The position numbers were made by a program, and so were the translations under genes. From positions 1,166 through 65,165 of the forward strand of contig CAYRDE010000001.1 of NCBI GenBank assembly GCA_964422935.1: DNA of 64,000 bases. Reading direction: 5' to 3'. The notes under the pieces are model-generated. The model did not search any database. It had not been told where the DNA came from and worked only from the letters and a program-made list of their open reading frames with translations. Position 1 is the stretch's first letter; each line of letters opens with the position of its first letter. Shown here in pieces: positions 18,051-28,302 of the stretch. This DNA is from an uncultured Oscillospiraceae bacterium (GTDB taxonomy: Bacteria; Bacillota; Clostridia; Oscillospirales; Oscillospiraceae).

Positions 18051-19391
18051 ATGCCTACCATCAAGGACACGGCGGCAACAAGCGCATTAAACGAAGACAA
18101 GTACATTAACAAGCTCTATGACACTTCCCTGGGGAGCCAGCAGAAGCTTTTAAATGAGAACCACCAGAATAACCAGCAGATGGTAAACGCCGGACAGGCC
18201 CAAAACAAGGCCCTGACAGACGCCTACCTACAGCGGACGAAGGTGGAGGCCCCGGGGGTGAATAACAGCGCCTACACCAGGCTTACAGGCCGGGGCGGGG
18301 GCATCGGACGGGAGGCCCAGGCGGGGCTGTCCTTTGGAAATCAGCAGCAGAAAAACGTCTCTGCCCTGAATGGTCAGCAGGCCCAGGCAGACATGGAATA
18401 TAACCGGATGCGGCAGCAGCTGGCGGACAAGTACAGCAGCGAAATCAAGAAGGCCCAGGCGGACAATGACATGTACCGGGCCCAGCAGCTCTATGAGGCG
18501 GCAAAGGCGGAGGAGGACCAGCTGCGCACACTGCGGCAGCAGGGGGCAAACCTGATGGCGGACCGGGGAGATATGAGCCTCTGGGAAAGCATTGCCAGCG
18601 GCACCCCGGTCCAGCGGGACACCACCGGGGAGACCTGGGAGGGAGTCACGAAGAACGAAGGGGCCATCAACAAAATCTATGACGCCATGCTGGAGGGGCA
18701 GCGGATTGCCGCCGAGGCGGACCGGGACAAGGTACTGTCTGACCTGGAGGCATCCCGGCAGAAGGCACAGCGGGAGACGGACAGCAAGCTCAATCAGCTG
18801 TATACGGAATCAATGCGGAACGCCAAGAACGCCATGGAGACCCAGAACGCCTATGGGCAGACGTCCGGGGTCAGGGACCAGATCCAGATGGCCCGGGCCA
18901 ATCAGCTCACCGGGGGCCTGACGGACCTGCGGAAGCTGGGCATTTCCAAAGACGCGGACATCCAGGGCCAGAAGCTGGACGCGGTACGGAGCTATGGGGA
19001 CAAGGTATCCAGCGGCATGAGCGACGTGGAGCAGAAGCGGTTGAAGGCCCTGTATGATGCGGCGGAGAGCGAGGAGCAGGCCCTTGTGAAGGACCAGGAG
19101 ACCTATGGGCAGCTTCTGGCGAACAAGGGGGACTACAGCGTTCTGGGGAAGCTTTACGGGCTGACGCCGGAGCAGCTGGCAGCGCTGATGCCCTCCTCCG
19201 GCGGAGGCGGTGACAGTGAAGGAAGCGGGGGAAGCGGTGGAAGACGTTCCGGGCCGTATTATACAGGCTGGACTGACAAATTATTGGAGAATATGGCAAA
19301 CAAAGGAATTGCCGATTATGAGGCGAAGAGATCTGGGCAGAAAAATACAGGTGGTTCCAGCGTTAAGAAGACGCCATATGGGACAAAGTAA
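18051..19391 (+). CDS. Putative internal virion/ejection protein with internal duplication
   Basis: Q/A-rich coiled coil; NEDKYINKLYD and NEGAINKIYD halves. Confidence 0.6.
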   Translation: MPTIKDTAATSALNEDKYINKLYDTSLGSQQKLLNENHQNNQQMVNAGQAQNKALTDAYLQRTKVEAPGVNNSAYTRLTGRGGGIGREAQAGLSFGNQQQKNVSALNGQQAQADMEYNRMRQQLADKYSSEIKKAQADNDMYRAQQLYEAAKAEEDQLRTLRQQGANLMADRGDMSLWESIASGTPVQRDTTGETWEGVTKNEGAINKIYDAMLEGQRIAAEADRDKVLSDLEASRQKAQRETDSKLNQLYTESMRNAKNAMETQNAYGQTSGVRDQIQMARANQLTGGLTDLRKLGISKDADIQGQKLDAVRSYGDKVSSGMSDVEQKRLKALYDAAESEEQALVKDQETYGQLLANKGDYSVLGKLYGLTPEQLAALMPSSGGGGDSEGSGGSGGRRSGPYYTGWTDKLLENMANKGIADYEAKRSGQKNTGGSSVKKTPYGTK

Positions 19392-19403
19392 GGCGGTGAT
19401 TTT

Positions 19404-22400
19404 ATGGCAAAAACAACCAGCCAGATTGTGGCGGAGAATAAGCAGAGACGGGCAGAGGAAAAAGCGATGCGGCAAGCCCGCGGTGACGTCAGGTTAAACG
19501 ATGCACAGAGGAAGCAGGCCATGCAGGGGGCGAGCAAGGAATCCAAAACACAGGGAATCGGCGCTTCTATTGCAAAAAGCCTGACAAAGGCCATGACCTC
19601 CCAATCCGGGACTTCCTCCGGCAATCAGACAGCCAAGCGAACAGGCCTCCCGGGGTTTGAGGGGAGTCAAAAGCCTTCGCCCAGAGACCGGGCGGCCCTG
19701 GCAAAGGAAAAGCAAATGGATTTTACCCCCGGTTCCGATTCCAGAAAAATCAAGGCGGAGGCCGCAGAGAGGGCCGCCCAGGCGGAGTACAAGCGATACC
19801 AGAATCAGGAGCCGTTAGGGACCGGAAAGTACACGGAAAAAGGCATCCCAAGGGATCAGGCGGAATATCTGGCAGAGCAGGAGTGGTACAGGGACAAGAA
19901 GCAGTCCTATCTTGACCAGGGCATCCCGGAGAGATACGCGGAGGCGCTGACCAATCAGGCAAAGGGGGAGTACGATCAGGAAAAGAAGGCCTATGACGAG
20001 GGGCTGAACAAGCGGTATGAAGCGAAGGCGGACGCGGAAAGCCTGGCGGAGGGTCAGCGGAACCTGGCCCACAACCGGGGCGTAACGGAAACCAACCTGA
20101 ACGACATCGCCGCCATGACCCCGGAGGAACGGGCCTACTTTGACGGGTACTTAAAGGCGAAGGATCAGTATTACCACAGTGCATCCGAAATTCCAGAGGA
20201 CAGACTGGCCTATAAAAACCAGATGGAGGAATACGCAAGGCGGCTGTCCGGAAAATACGACGCAAACCGGCTCAAGGAGCTGGAGGAAACGCTGAGCTGG
20301 CTGGAGGATGAGAAGACCACCCAGGAGGTGGCAGAGCAGGCAGCGGCCCTGGGCCACGCTGGAGGGCTTAAGGAGGGGGCGGCCTATGCGGGGACCTTCC
20401 CGGCGAAGCTGGCGGGCAGCGTAACCGGCACCGTTGGAACCCTGAACAGCCTGCTTTCCGGCACGGGCCAGTATAAGGGAGCGAACCCCTACAACACCGG
20501 GAATCTCCTCAACGTATACGGAGACGCAGTTCGGGGGGCGATTGCTGAGGACATCCAGGGGGATGGGGACAGCAAGCTCAGAAAGGCCGCCGGTTATGGC
20601 TTCCAGGCCTTCAACAGCGCCGCGGATTCCCTCCTTCGGGCGGCGGTGGGAGGGAAGGCCTCTCTTGCCCTGTCCGCCTCCGCAAGCTTCAACGACACGG
20701 TGCTTGACGCCGCCCAAAAGGGCGCTTCCACGGAGGAAGCGGTGATGCTGGGCCTTCTGAACGCCGGAATTGAAACGGCTACGGAGAAAATCCCGCTGGA
20801 CAATCTGCTGGAAACCATGACCAGCGACCCGAAAACAGGCTGGGAGCTGCTGCGGGCGGCGGTGGTACAGGGTGGAATTGAGGCCTCCACGGAGGAGCTG
20901 AGCCTTTTGGGGACCACCCTGGCGGAGACGGCAGTTCTCCGGGAGCGGTCTGATTACAAGATGAACATCCGGGAGCTGATGGCGGATGGGAAAACCGAGG
21001 CAGAGGCCCGGGAAATTGCTGACAAGCAGCTATGGGAAGAGGCAAAGGATACGCTGATTGTGTCCTGGCTGTCCGGCAGCGCCTCGAACCTGGGGGGCAA
21101 TGTATACGCCGGAGTCAATGAGAAGATACAGGACCAGAGAAGCCTGGATGCTTACATTGCCGAGGACGCAATCCGGAGGGCAGCGGAGGAGCAGGCGAAA
21201 AAAGAGGCGCTGGCAGCCCGGGACGAGTTTGCCAGAAAGTATTATGACCAGGAACAGCTAAGGGCCGAAGAGGCAACCAGAGCGGCGGCAGCGGCAGCAG
21301 CAGAGGCGGAGGCCAACAAACTCCGGGTTTCTGGAAATGTGGAGCTGGAAGCGCCTGAGGATTTCGCAAGGAATTTCTTCTCGTATAAGGACAATGACTT
21401 CACGGAGAAGGACGTCAAGAAAATCAATAAGGCCTGGGCAGCGGAACAGGCGAAGACAGCGAATGGACAGGAAGGCGAGTTATCCTTCCTCCAGGACGCC
21501 GTGGACGGCTTGCAGGGGCAAAAAACTACCCAGGATGCACAGACACCAGGGGGGCTAACCCAGGAGGATATAGACCAGCTGGGGGCCCAGTTGGCAAGGC
21601 AGGAGCTTCCGGCGGAGATTCCGCCGATGGAGGCGCTGGATGGAGGACAGGTGCAGGACCTGGCGGATCAGGTTCTGGGCGTTGACAATGGGACGGAGCA
21701 GAATTATAATAAAAACGGGAGAAGCCCGCAAACTACAGACGCGATAAACAGGCTAAATGCTGGAGGAGAAGGAACACCAGCAATTGAAGAAATTATGGCG
21801 CTCCCGGAAATTGCGGAAGCAGAAAATGCAAATATAGGAACAGAAACGTTCCAGCTTCCAGACCGTGATTCCATCAGGGCAAACGGATATCAGCAGGCAA
21901 TACAGAAGGGAAGCTGGGATGGACGTGATTATACTGGCCCTGTGAAGCAGGAACGGCGAATGGATATTGTGATCGGGTTGCCGGGGTCTGGAAAATCCTC
22001 TGTATATACGGAACGCCTTTCACAGGAACACCAGAGTAGGGTCATTGACACCGATGATTTTCGGGAATATATCCCTGAGTACAATGGCAGAAATGCAGCG
22101 CTTGTACATGAAGAAGCATCCAGCATCAAAGACAGCGTGATGGAAACTGCGCTGGACAATGGCGACAATATTTTATTATCCACAATAGGTGCAAATGCAA
22201 AGAGTCTGGAAGCCAAAATAAAAGCATACAAGGAAGAAGGATATTTGGTTTACCTTCACCTAAACGAACTTCCAAACAATAAATCAGTGGCGAGAGCTAT
22301 TGGAAGATATGTCGGGGAAGACGGAACGCTTGGGCGGTATGTTGCGCCCGATCTGATTGCGGGATATGGGGATAAACCTACACAAACTTATCTATATTTA

Positions 22401-25400
22401 ACTGGGCAAGGAGGAAATGCAAATGGAGAAACGGGCGGATTGGCAGGCAATCTACGAGAGAGCGGAGCAGATGGAACTGGAAATGCTGGAACGTCGGAAA
22501 GCCAAACGGGAAGCCAAGCAGAAGGCGGAAGCCTCCTTGCGGGGTACGATTGGTACAACAACGATGTCCAACGAGGACAGCCGCCAAGACTGATTCAGAG
22601 CTCTGAAAAATTGAGTGCGCCACAGGCGGACACTGGAAATGTGTCCACAGAGGGGGGACAGCCTGACAGCGGATGGCGCTACCAAAGGGATGTTGCGCCT
22701 GGGGTGGAACGGGATTCCCAGTCCGTGATGAATACGGCCCTGCATAATGGGGACAAGGACGTCCGCAACGCTACCCGGGAAACACTGCAACAGAATCCGG
22801 ATGCGGCAAAGTACACATCCCGGAGCATGGGAAGCGTAGAAGCTGCCGCACGGAACAACGTGAGTACGCCGGAGGCGGTGGAATATTCCTACAACCATCT
22901 CATGGACTCCGGACACTGGAACGATGTAGACGTGGCAACGGCAAATCTCCTGCTACAGGAATTCGCGAAAGCAAAGGATTCCGAAGCCTTTAATACCATG
23001 CTGGAAGCCCGGAAGCAACGGCTAAAGGACATGGGCGAGGCAATCAACGCCACGAAAATCGGCACCATGGGAGCCATTAAGGACACCGTCACGGCAATAA
23101 GCAGCTTCCAGACCCAGCTTGACGGGCTGGATCAGAAGGAGGCTACCTTCGGAAAGGGCCTGAACAAGGAAGGCTTCGAGGCGAAGAAGAAGGAAATCAA
23201 GGACAGTATCACAAAGATAGGGTTTGAAATCGAGGACGTTGCCGACGGCGATACCGAGGCCATGCGGGGCATTATCCGGCAGCTTGCCAAGAAGCGGGGG
23301 ACAACAGCCTGGTTCGGACTGTCCAATAAGATGGGCGGAAACGTGGAAAAAATGATGAGCACCATGAAGTTCAGTGACCTCAGGATGCTTGCCAATGCCC
23401 AGATCATTTCCATGGCGGATGATTTCCGGGTGCGGTCAGCGGCGGAGACGGCCCAGGCTGTCCGGATACAGAGCATGCTGTCCTCCCTGAAAACCTTTTC
23501 CCGGAACCTGACCGGAAACGCCGCATCCGGGGGTATTTCCTCCCTGAGTGATTCCACCGGGGGACAGCTTTTTGATTTCTTCATCTCCAAGGCGACGGGA
23601 AAGCGGACGGTTGGAAACGACGTGACAAGGATGGGAACCTACTTAAAGGGCGCGAAGAACGCCATGGATTTTGCTTCCCTGTGCGTAGAGCTGAACATCC
23701 CCATTGAGTCCGATATCCAGGGGTTGGAAACTGCCTTTGACGGGAAGAACGGAAACAAGTACATCGGGAAGGCCTTCCGATCCAACAGCAAGAACCCGGT
23801 ACAGCGGCTTATGTACGCCTACCAGAAGTATATGAGCTACGCATTGGAGGTATCGGATAAGATTTTTGAGGGCGGCACAAACGCCGTCATTGAGGAATCT
23901 CTGGGCAAGCTGAGAAGCAGCGGGCTATCGGATCAGGAGGTTTCCGACATTGCCGAGTATGAGGCCAACCGGAGAACCTTCAAGGACGCTACATGGGAAG
24001 ACGAGGACGGAAAAGAGCATGGAGCGACCCTTTCCCGGAAGGCGAATGAGGTGAAGAAGGTTCTGGGGCCGGTGGGGGATGTGGTCATGCCCTTTGCCAG
24101 CGTTCCCATGAACGTGGCGCAAACCGGCATTGACTATAGCCCGGTGGGCTTCGTGAACGGCCTGTATGAGACGGCTACCATCTTAAAGGATATCAGAGCC
24201 GGGAAGGAAATCAACGCCGTGCGGCAGCACAAGGCGGCGACGGACCTGGGCCGGGGCATGACCGGTACGGCGATGGTGGCGATGTTTGCCGCCGCTGCCA
24301 ATGCCGGAATTCTCAAGGTATCGGACGACGAGGACCGGGATAAAAAGGGCCTGGAGCAGTCGGAAGGCCTCAGCGGGGCCAAACTGAACCTGAGTGCGTG
24401 GAAGCGGGCCTTCGCCGGAGAGGGAACAGAGTGGCAGGAGGGGGACATCATTATGGGGATGGACTTCCTGGAGCCATTCAACACCCAGATGTATCTGGGA
24501 AGCCAGCTGGCAGAGGATGAAACCATTTCCGAAATCCTGTGGGACGCAACCTCCGTCCCCGCTGCCTTTAACGCCATTATGGACAGCCCCATGATGACCG
24601 GTATTTCCGAGATTGAGGACCTGGTAAAAGAGGCCAGGGACAGTGAAAGCGGAACGGACATGCTGGACGCCGGGGCGGAATACGCCGGAGACGTGGCGGG
24701 GTCCTTCATTCCCCAATTTGTGCGGCAGGGGGCCCAGCTGAAAGACGGCTATTACCGGGACACCCGGGGCCAGACGGCAGCGGAGACGGCCCTAAACAAT
24801 ATCAAAAGCGGAATCCCGGGACTGAGCGAGACCCTGCCCAAGAAGGTAAACGGATTGGGAGAGGAGCAGGAGCGGCCTGGGTTTGTGGGAACCTTCCTGG
24901 ACCCGACCAACACCCACCGGTATCACCCCAACGAGATTACCCGGGAGCTGGAAAAACTGAGCGAGGAGACAGACGACAAGGGCATTTATCCCAGCCGTCA
25001 GGCGCCTATGAGCATCAAGAACGGTGACGAGGAAATCCAGCTGACGGGGGAGCAGCGGGAGGAATACCAAAAAATCTACGGGGAGAAGGTAAGCGACTAT
25101 TACGGGGCCCTTATGAAGGGAAGCGGATACCAGAACATGACCAGCGAAGAAAAGGTTGCTGCCATGAAGAAAGCGGAGGGATACGCCAAGGAACATGCGA
25201 AGGATTGGGCATTGGGCTATAAAAGCTCAATCGTCGGGACACCTGGAGAAATCGCAAACAGCATTATCAGAGATACCACACTAAGCAGCATTACCAACAT
25301 CTTTGGGGATATCGACAAGAACAACCAGAAGGGGGTCAGCAACGGCGAGAATGTGGGTGACCTGGGAGAGGCATACAAGCGAATCCAGGGGCTCCCGAAG

Positions 25401-25907
25401 GCTCAGCGGGAGAAGGTTCTGGAAAGGGCTACCGGAGACGCAAGGAAATACTTTGACGCCAAGGATGATGGCGTAAGCGATGCTGATTTTGTCAAGGCGC
25501 GGAACGCAATTAAAAACGCCCCCGGAACTGGCAGCATTGACAAGCAGACCGGCGAAAAGAGGCAGACGGATGCCGACACCTACGGCGCAATCGCCGGGCT
25601 TTCCGGAGTGGATTACCGGACGAAAGACGCTCTGCTGCGGGCGTACATGCCTGACTACGACCCAGCAAACGGAAAGACGGAAAAGACGGAAGTCAAGTAT
25701 GACTATATCCGCTATGAAATGGGATTGACGGCACAGGGATACGCGGCTTTGTACAAGGCAAACAGCCAGTACAGCAAAAAGGCGGACAAGGTAGCGGCAT
25801 TCCAGGCGCTGGGCTATGACGAAAAGACGGCGGATCAGCTGTACAGGATCTTCAGCGGAAACCAGAAGACAATGGAAACGGTTCTTGAATGGTACAAGAG
25901 CAGATAA
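19404..25907 (+). CDS. Large putative ejection/polyvalent protein with zeta-toxin-like P-loop domain
   Basis: 2167 aa; GLPGSGKS, IDTDDFREYIPEY, LVHEEAS, ARAIGR, GRYV at ~21957-22600. Confidence 0.8.
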   Translation: MAKTTSQIVAENKQRRAEEKAMRQARGDVRLNDAQRKQAMQGASKESKTQGIGASIAKSLTKAMTSQSGTSSGNQTAKRTGLPGFEGSQKPSPRDRAALAKEKQMDFTPGSDSRKIKAEAAERAAQAEYKRYQNQEPLGTGKYTEKGIPRDQAEYLAEQEWYRDKKQSYLDQGIPERYAEALTNQAKGEYDQEKKAYDEGLNKRYEAKADAESLAEGQRNLAHNRGVTETNLNDIAAMTPEERAYFDGYLKAKDQYYHSASEIPEDRLAYKNQMEEYARRLSGKYDANRLKELEETLSWLEDEKTTQEVAEQAAALGHAGGLKEGAAYAGTFPAKLAGSVTGTVGTLNSLLSGTGQYKGANPYNTGNLLNVYGDAVRGAIAEDIQGDGDSKLRKAAGYGFQAFNSAADSLLRAAVGGKASLALSASASFNDTVLDAAQKGASTEEAVMLGLLNAGIETATEKIPLDNLLETMTSDPKTGWELLRAAVVQGGIEASTEELSLLGTTLAETAVLRERSDYKMNIRELMADGKTEAEAREIADKQLWEEAKDTLIVSWLSGSASNLGGNVYAGVNEKIQDQRSLDAYIAEDAIRRAAEEQAKKEALAARDEFARKYYDQEQLRAEEATRAAAAAAAEAEANKLRVSGNVELEAPEDFARNFFSYKDNDFTEKDVKKINKAWAAEQAKTANGQEGELSFLQDAVDGLQGQKTTQDAQTPGGLTQEDIDQLGAQLARQELPAEIPPMEALDGGQVQDLADQVLGVDNGTEQNYNKNGRSPQTTDAINRLNAGGEGTPAIEEIMALPEIAEAENANIGTETFQLPDRDSIRANGYQQAIQKGSWDGRDYTGPVKQERRMDIVIGLPGSGKSSVYTERLSQEHQSRVIDTDDFREYIPEYNGRNAALVHEEASSIKDSVMETALDNGDNILLSTIGANAKSLEAKIKAYKEEGYLVYLHLNELPNNKSVARAIGRYVGEDGTLGRYVAPDLIAGYGDKPTQTYLYLTGQGGNANGETGGLAGNLRESGADGTGNAGTSESQTGSQAEGGSLLAGYDWYNNDVQRGQPPRLIQSSEKLSAPQADTGNVSTEGGQPDSGWRYQRDVAPGVERDSQSVMNTALHNGDKDVRNATRETLQQNPDAAKYTSRSMGSVEAAARNNVSTPEAVEYSYNHLMDSGHWNDVDVATANLLLQEFAKAKDSEAFNTMLEARKQRLKDMGEAINATKIGTMGAIKDTVTAISSFQTQLDGLDQKEATFGKGLNKEGFEAKKKEIKDSITKIGFEIEDVADGDTEAMRGIIRQLAKKRGTTAWFGLSNKMGGNVEKMMSTMKFSDLRMLANAQIISMADDFRVRSAAETAQAVRIQSMLSSLKTFSRNLTGNAASGGISSLSDSTGGQLFDFFISKATGKRTVGNDVTRMGTYLKGAKNAMDFASLCVELNIPIESDIQGLETAFDGKNGNKYIGKAFRSNSKNPVQRLMYAYQKYMSYALEVSDKIFEGGTNAVIEESLGKLRSSGLSDQEVSDIAEYEANRRTFKDATWEDEDGKEHGATLSRKANEVKKVLGPVGDVVMPFASVPMNVAQTGIDYSPVGFVNGLYETATILKDIRAGKEINAVRQHKAATDLGRGMTGTAMVAMFAAAANAGILKVSDDEDRDKKGLEQSEGLSGAKLNLSAWKRAFAGEGTEWQEGDIIMGMDFLEPFNTQMYLGSQLAEDETISEILWDATSVPAAFNAIMDSPMMTGISEIEDLVKEARDSESGTDMLDAGAEYAGDVAGSFIPQFVRQGAQLKDGYYRDTRGQTAAETALNNIKSGIPGLSETLPKKVNGLGEEQERPGFVGTFLDPTNTHRYHPNEITRELEKLSEETDDKGIYPSRQAPMSIKNGDEEIQLTGEQREEYQKIYGEKVSDYYGALMKGSGYQNMTSEEKVAAMKKAEGYAKEHAKDWALGYKSSIVGTPGEIANSIIRDTTLSSITNIFGDIDKNNQKGVSNGENVGDLGEAYKRIQGLPKAQREKVLERATGDARKYFDAKDDGVSDADFVKARNAIKNAPGTGSIDKQTGEKRQTDADTYGAIAGLSGVDYRTKDALLRAYMPDYDPANGKTEKTEVKYDYIRYEMGLTAQGYAALYKANSQYSKKADKVAAFQALGYDEKTADQLYRIFSGNQKTMETVLEWYKSR
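21682..21710 (+). promoter_or_regulatory. Intragenic consensus sigma-A promoter
   Basis: TTGACA-17 bp-TATAAT exact. Confidence 0.7.
22423..22593 (+). CDS. Nested out-of-frame 56-aa protein, candidate antitoxin
   Basis: AAGGAGG (22408-22414) 8 nt before ATG; MEKRADWQAIYERAEQMELEMLERRKAKREAKQKAEASLRG...; host frame is a low-complexity linker here. Confidence 0.55.
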   Translation: MEKRADWQAIYERAEQMELEMLERRKAKREAKQKAEASLRGTIGTTTMSNEDSRQD

Positions 25908-25912
25908 GGAAA

Positions 25913-25945
25913 GGCCCAGCCGGTCATCCGGCTGGGCTGCTTTAT
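25913..25945. terminator. Hairpin between convergent genes
   Basis: GCCCAGCCGG...CCGGCTGGGC. Confidence 0.6.
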
Positions 25946-26398
25946 TCATCTTTCCCATCTGCCTTTTTCAATGTCCATTGTTGCAATGATCCCAGGGTGG
26001 GACTTCTTCAGGGCATCAAAGCGTTTCAAGGCTTTTGACCGTTCCCGGCCTTCGTATTCTTCCCTGAACTGCGTTACTTCTGTGCCGTCTTCAAAGATGC
26101 GGGTTACCTCGATGAAATATGTTACGGTGTTCCATTTCTGGCGTTTGATGCTCAGCTCATCATGGTAGCCCATGGTTTCAAGCTGGGAATATCTCGCTGC
26201 CAGGGCTGCCCGGTATTCCCGAAGGGCTGCCAGGTAGCTTTCCAGCTCGTCAATGTAGCTGGCGGCAGATTTGTCGTACCGCTCCACTTCGCCCACCTTT
26301 GAAAGGGTATCAGGGCGAAGAAGAAAGATCCGGAGATTCACGTTTGAATCTGTTCGGGGGCTTCCGTATTGGGTGAAAAGGGTTTCTTTGTAGCTCAT
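25946..26398 (-). CDS. Hypothetical protein
   Basis: GGGAGG SD; 150 aa. Confidence 0.75.
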   Translation of the reverse strand: MSYKETLFTQYGSPRTDSNVNLRIFLLRPDTLSKVGEVERYDKSAASYIDELESYLAALREYRAALAARYSQLETMGYHDELSIKRQKWNTVTYFIEVTRIFEDGTEVTQFREEYEGRERSKALKRFDALKKSHPGIIATMDIEKGRWER

Positions 26399-26414
26399 TG
26401 GCTTGCCTCCCTAT

Positions 26415-26585
26415 TTAGTACCCGAGCCAGAAGCGAAGCCGCTTCAAGCTGTACCCGGTCAAATCTTCGACTTTTTCAAACAAAGAAGTGTTAGATTCCA
26501 TAGAATCGGCGTAGATTCGGTCATTATCTGTATAATGCGGTACGCTGTGTGCGTCCAGAATTTTGGCGATTTCATTATTGCTCAT
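26415..26585 (-). CDS. Small hypothetical protein (56 aa)
   Basis: AAGGAGGT SD; MSNNEIAKILDAHSVPHY...LRFWLGY; below the ORF-track cutoff. Confidence 0.65.
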   Translation of the reverse strand: MSNNEIAKILDAHSVPHYTDNDRIYADSMESNTSLFEKVEDLTGYSLKRLRFWLGY

Positions 26586-26640
26586 TGTTTTACCTCCTTG
26601 CCGGGGCTATGTGCCCCGGCTTTATGTTGTGGCGTGCGGA

Positions 26641-27078
26641 TTAATCAAAGCACATTTCATAGCTGATCCGGTATTGTGCCTTTAGCTTTTCATAGGCGTT
26701 TTCCGTGACCTTGTATGTGTTATAGGCCTCGTCGTAGGTAATGCCACGACCGTGGAGCTTGGGGAGACCAGAGCGAAGCGGACGGAGAAAATAATGTTTC
26801 CCGTAATAGGAAAGGCTTGCTGAGAAATCGCAGGCTACAGGGGCTTTCTGGGTCTCATAATAGTAGCTGTATTCGCCGGGCTCGTCTGCGACAACAGCGG
26901 GGGCCTTGCTTGCCTCGATGGCTTCATAGTCGGGGGTGATCTGGTAGACGGTGCCGTCTTCGAAACGGGAGACGAACGCCTCAGGGATGAACAATCTTGC
27001 GTTGCCGCTGATCTGCTGGGCGTAGCCGCCGGGGACTCTTGTAAAGGTTCCGGGGACCTTGGTTTCTGTGGTTGTCAT
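26641..27078 (-). CDS. Hypothetical protein
   Basis: GAAAGGAG SD before MTTTETK. Confidence 0.7.
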   Translation of the reverse strand: MTTTETKVPGTFTRVPGGYAQQISGNARLFIPEAFVSRFEDGTVYQITPDYEAIEASKAPAVVADEPGEYSYYYETQKAPVACDFSASLSYYGKHYFLRPLRSGLPKLHGRGITYDEAYNTYKVTENAYEKLKAQYRISYEMCFD

Positions 27079-27130
27079 TGCAATATCTCCTTTCAGGTGG
27101 GGCCGGGGATTTCTCCCCGGCGTTATTGAC

Positions 27131-27613
27131 TTAGCAAGCGGCGAGCTTTTCAACTCTGCTGCTGGTGATGGTCTCGGTGCCGTACTTGGTACGGATGTAT
27201 TCCATGCTCATGGAGCGGTGAGAGCGGCGGGTCATGTCCTCTTCGTGCCGCCAATACCACTTTTGCTTACCCTTGCTATACCGGAGACCGGCAGCTTTCA
27301 GAGCTTCCCGGTTCTGGTAGGTGTTGCCGCCGACCCACAGCCAGGAGCCGCAAAGCTCAATTTCCAGGCCGGGAAGATTGATGATGGATTCCACAACGCG
27401 GCGGAACTCTGCGGCGGTTTCGGTGGTCTGGTGGGCTGCGTCGGCGGTGGCGTTGTGCTGGTGCTTCAAAGTCTCAAATACTTTGTCGTGCTCTGCGTTG
27501 ATCGCCTGCATGGTCTTAAGATCGCCGCCCCGGTCGGGATGGTGGAGCATGCAGAGACGGCGGTATTCTTTCTTCAGTTCGTCCAGGGTGCGGCAGTTCA
27601 TAAAGTATTTCAT
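27131..27613 (-). CDS. J-domain (DnaJ-like) protein of mobile elements
   Basis: LKKEYRRLCMLHHPDRGG (HPD motif); IELCGSWLWV C-domain. Confidence 0.85.
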   Translation of the reverse strand: MKYFMNCRTLDELKKEYRRLCMLHHPDRGGDLKTMQAINAEHDKVFETLKHQHNATADAAHQTTETAAEFRRVVESIINLPGLEIELCGSWLWVGGNTYQNREALKAAGLRYSKGKQKWYWRHEEDMTRRSHRSMSMEYIRTKYGTETITSSRVEKLAAC

Positions 27614-27663
27614 GTTATATCCTCCTAAGTGTTGGGTGTGTGTTTGGTTTATGGCTATATGAT

Positions 27664-27719
27664 AATCTAAGTTAACATAGAATTCAAGATGGGATATTGC
27701 AAAAAAGTTAACTTAGATT
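27664..27719. promoter_or_regulatory. 13-bp inverted repeat in a divergent promoter region
   Basis: AATCTAAGTTAAC (27664-27676) / GTTAACTTAGATT (27707-27719). Confidence 0.65.
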
Positions 27720-27789
27720 TTTGTGAATTTTATAAGTTTACATATATGGATTTTGTGGTATACTGTTTATAAACGAGGAGGTGTCTACA

Positions 27790-27981
27790 ATGCCAACATC
27801 AGAGGCGCAAAAGAAAGCTGTTCGAGAGTACCAGCGACGGCAAGACAATATAATGATAAGACCAGACAAGGAAACCGGCGCACAGATCCGCCAGGCGGCG
27901 GCAGACGCTGGGAAAAGCGTTCAGGCGTTTATACTGGATATCCTGGCGGATGCAATATCTAAAGGGAAGACAGAGGGATAA
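27790..27981 (+). CDS. Small RHH/Arc-like DNA-binding protein
   Basis: MPTSEAQKKAVREY...IRQAAADAGKSVQAFI. Confidence 0.75.
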   Translation: MPTSEAQKKAVREYQRRQDNIMIRPDKETGAQIRQAAADAGKSVQAFILDILADAISKGKTEG

Positions 27982-28101
27982 CACCATATTAAAATAGGCA
28001 GACCCCAGGGGCCAAAACCTCCCCAGGGCCTGCCTATTCTTTTTGCATTCTTTTTCCGGAAACCTATGGGCCAAAATCACCATTGGATATAATATTTTAA
28101 T

Positions 28102-28140
28102 TATGTAATAATTGACATTACATAGTATAGATGTTATAAT
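28102..28140 (+). promoter_or_regulatory. Consensus promoter with palindromic operator upstream of terS
   Basis: TTGACA-17-TATAAT (28112-28140); TATGTAAT/ATTACATA repeat straddling -35. Confidence 0.65.
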
Positions 28141-28302
28141 AAAAGGCGGAGAAGATGGCGCATCCTGGGTAGAGAAGGAAAACAAATCGGGCAGAAATGC
28201 GGGCCAGAATTATCCCGCTCTATTCTATGAACGACTGCCAGGGGGAGCGCAATACGAGATTCCAGATACGGAACATTTCACGGAGAGAAACGGGGTGAAA
28301 CA

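Noticed and set aside
22045-22073. Second intragenic TTGACA-17-TATATC promoter
   Set aside because: Lacks the conserved last T of the -10 box; TTGACA explained by Ile-Asp-Thr codons
28082-28111. dif/cer-like site
   Set aside because: Only the TTATGTAA half matches; better explained as part of an operator palindrome
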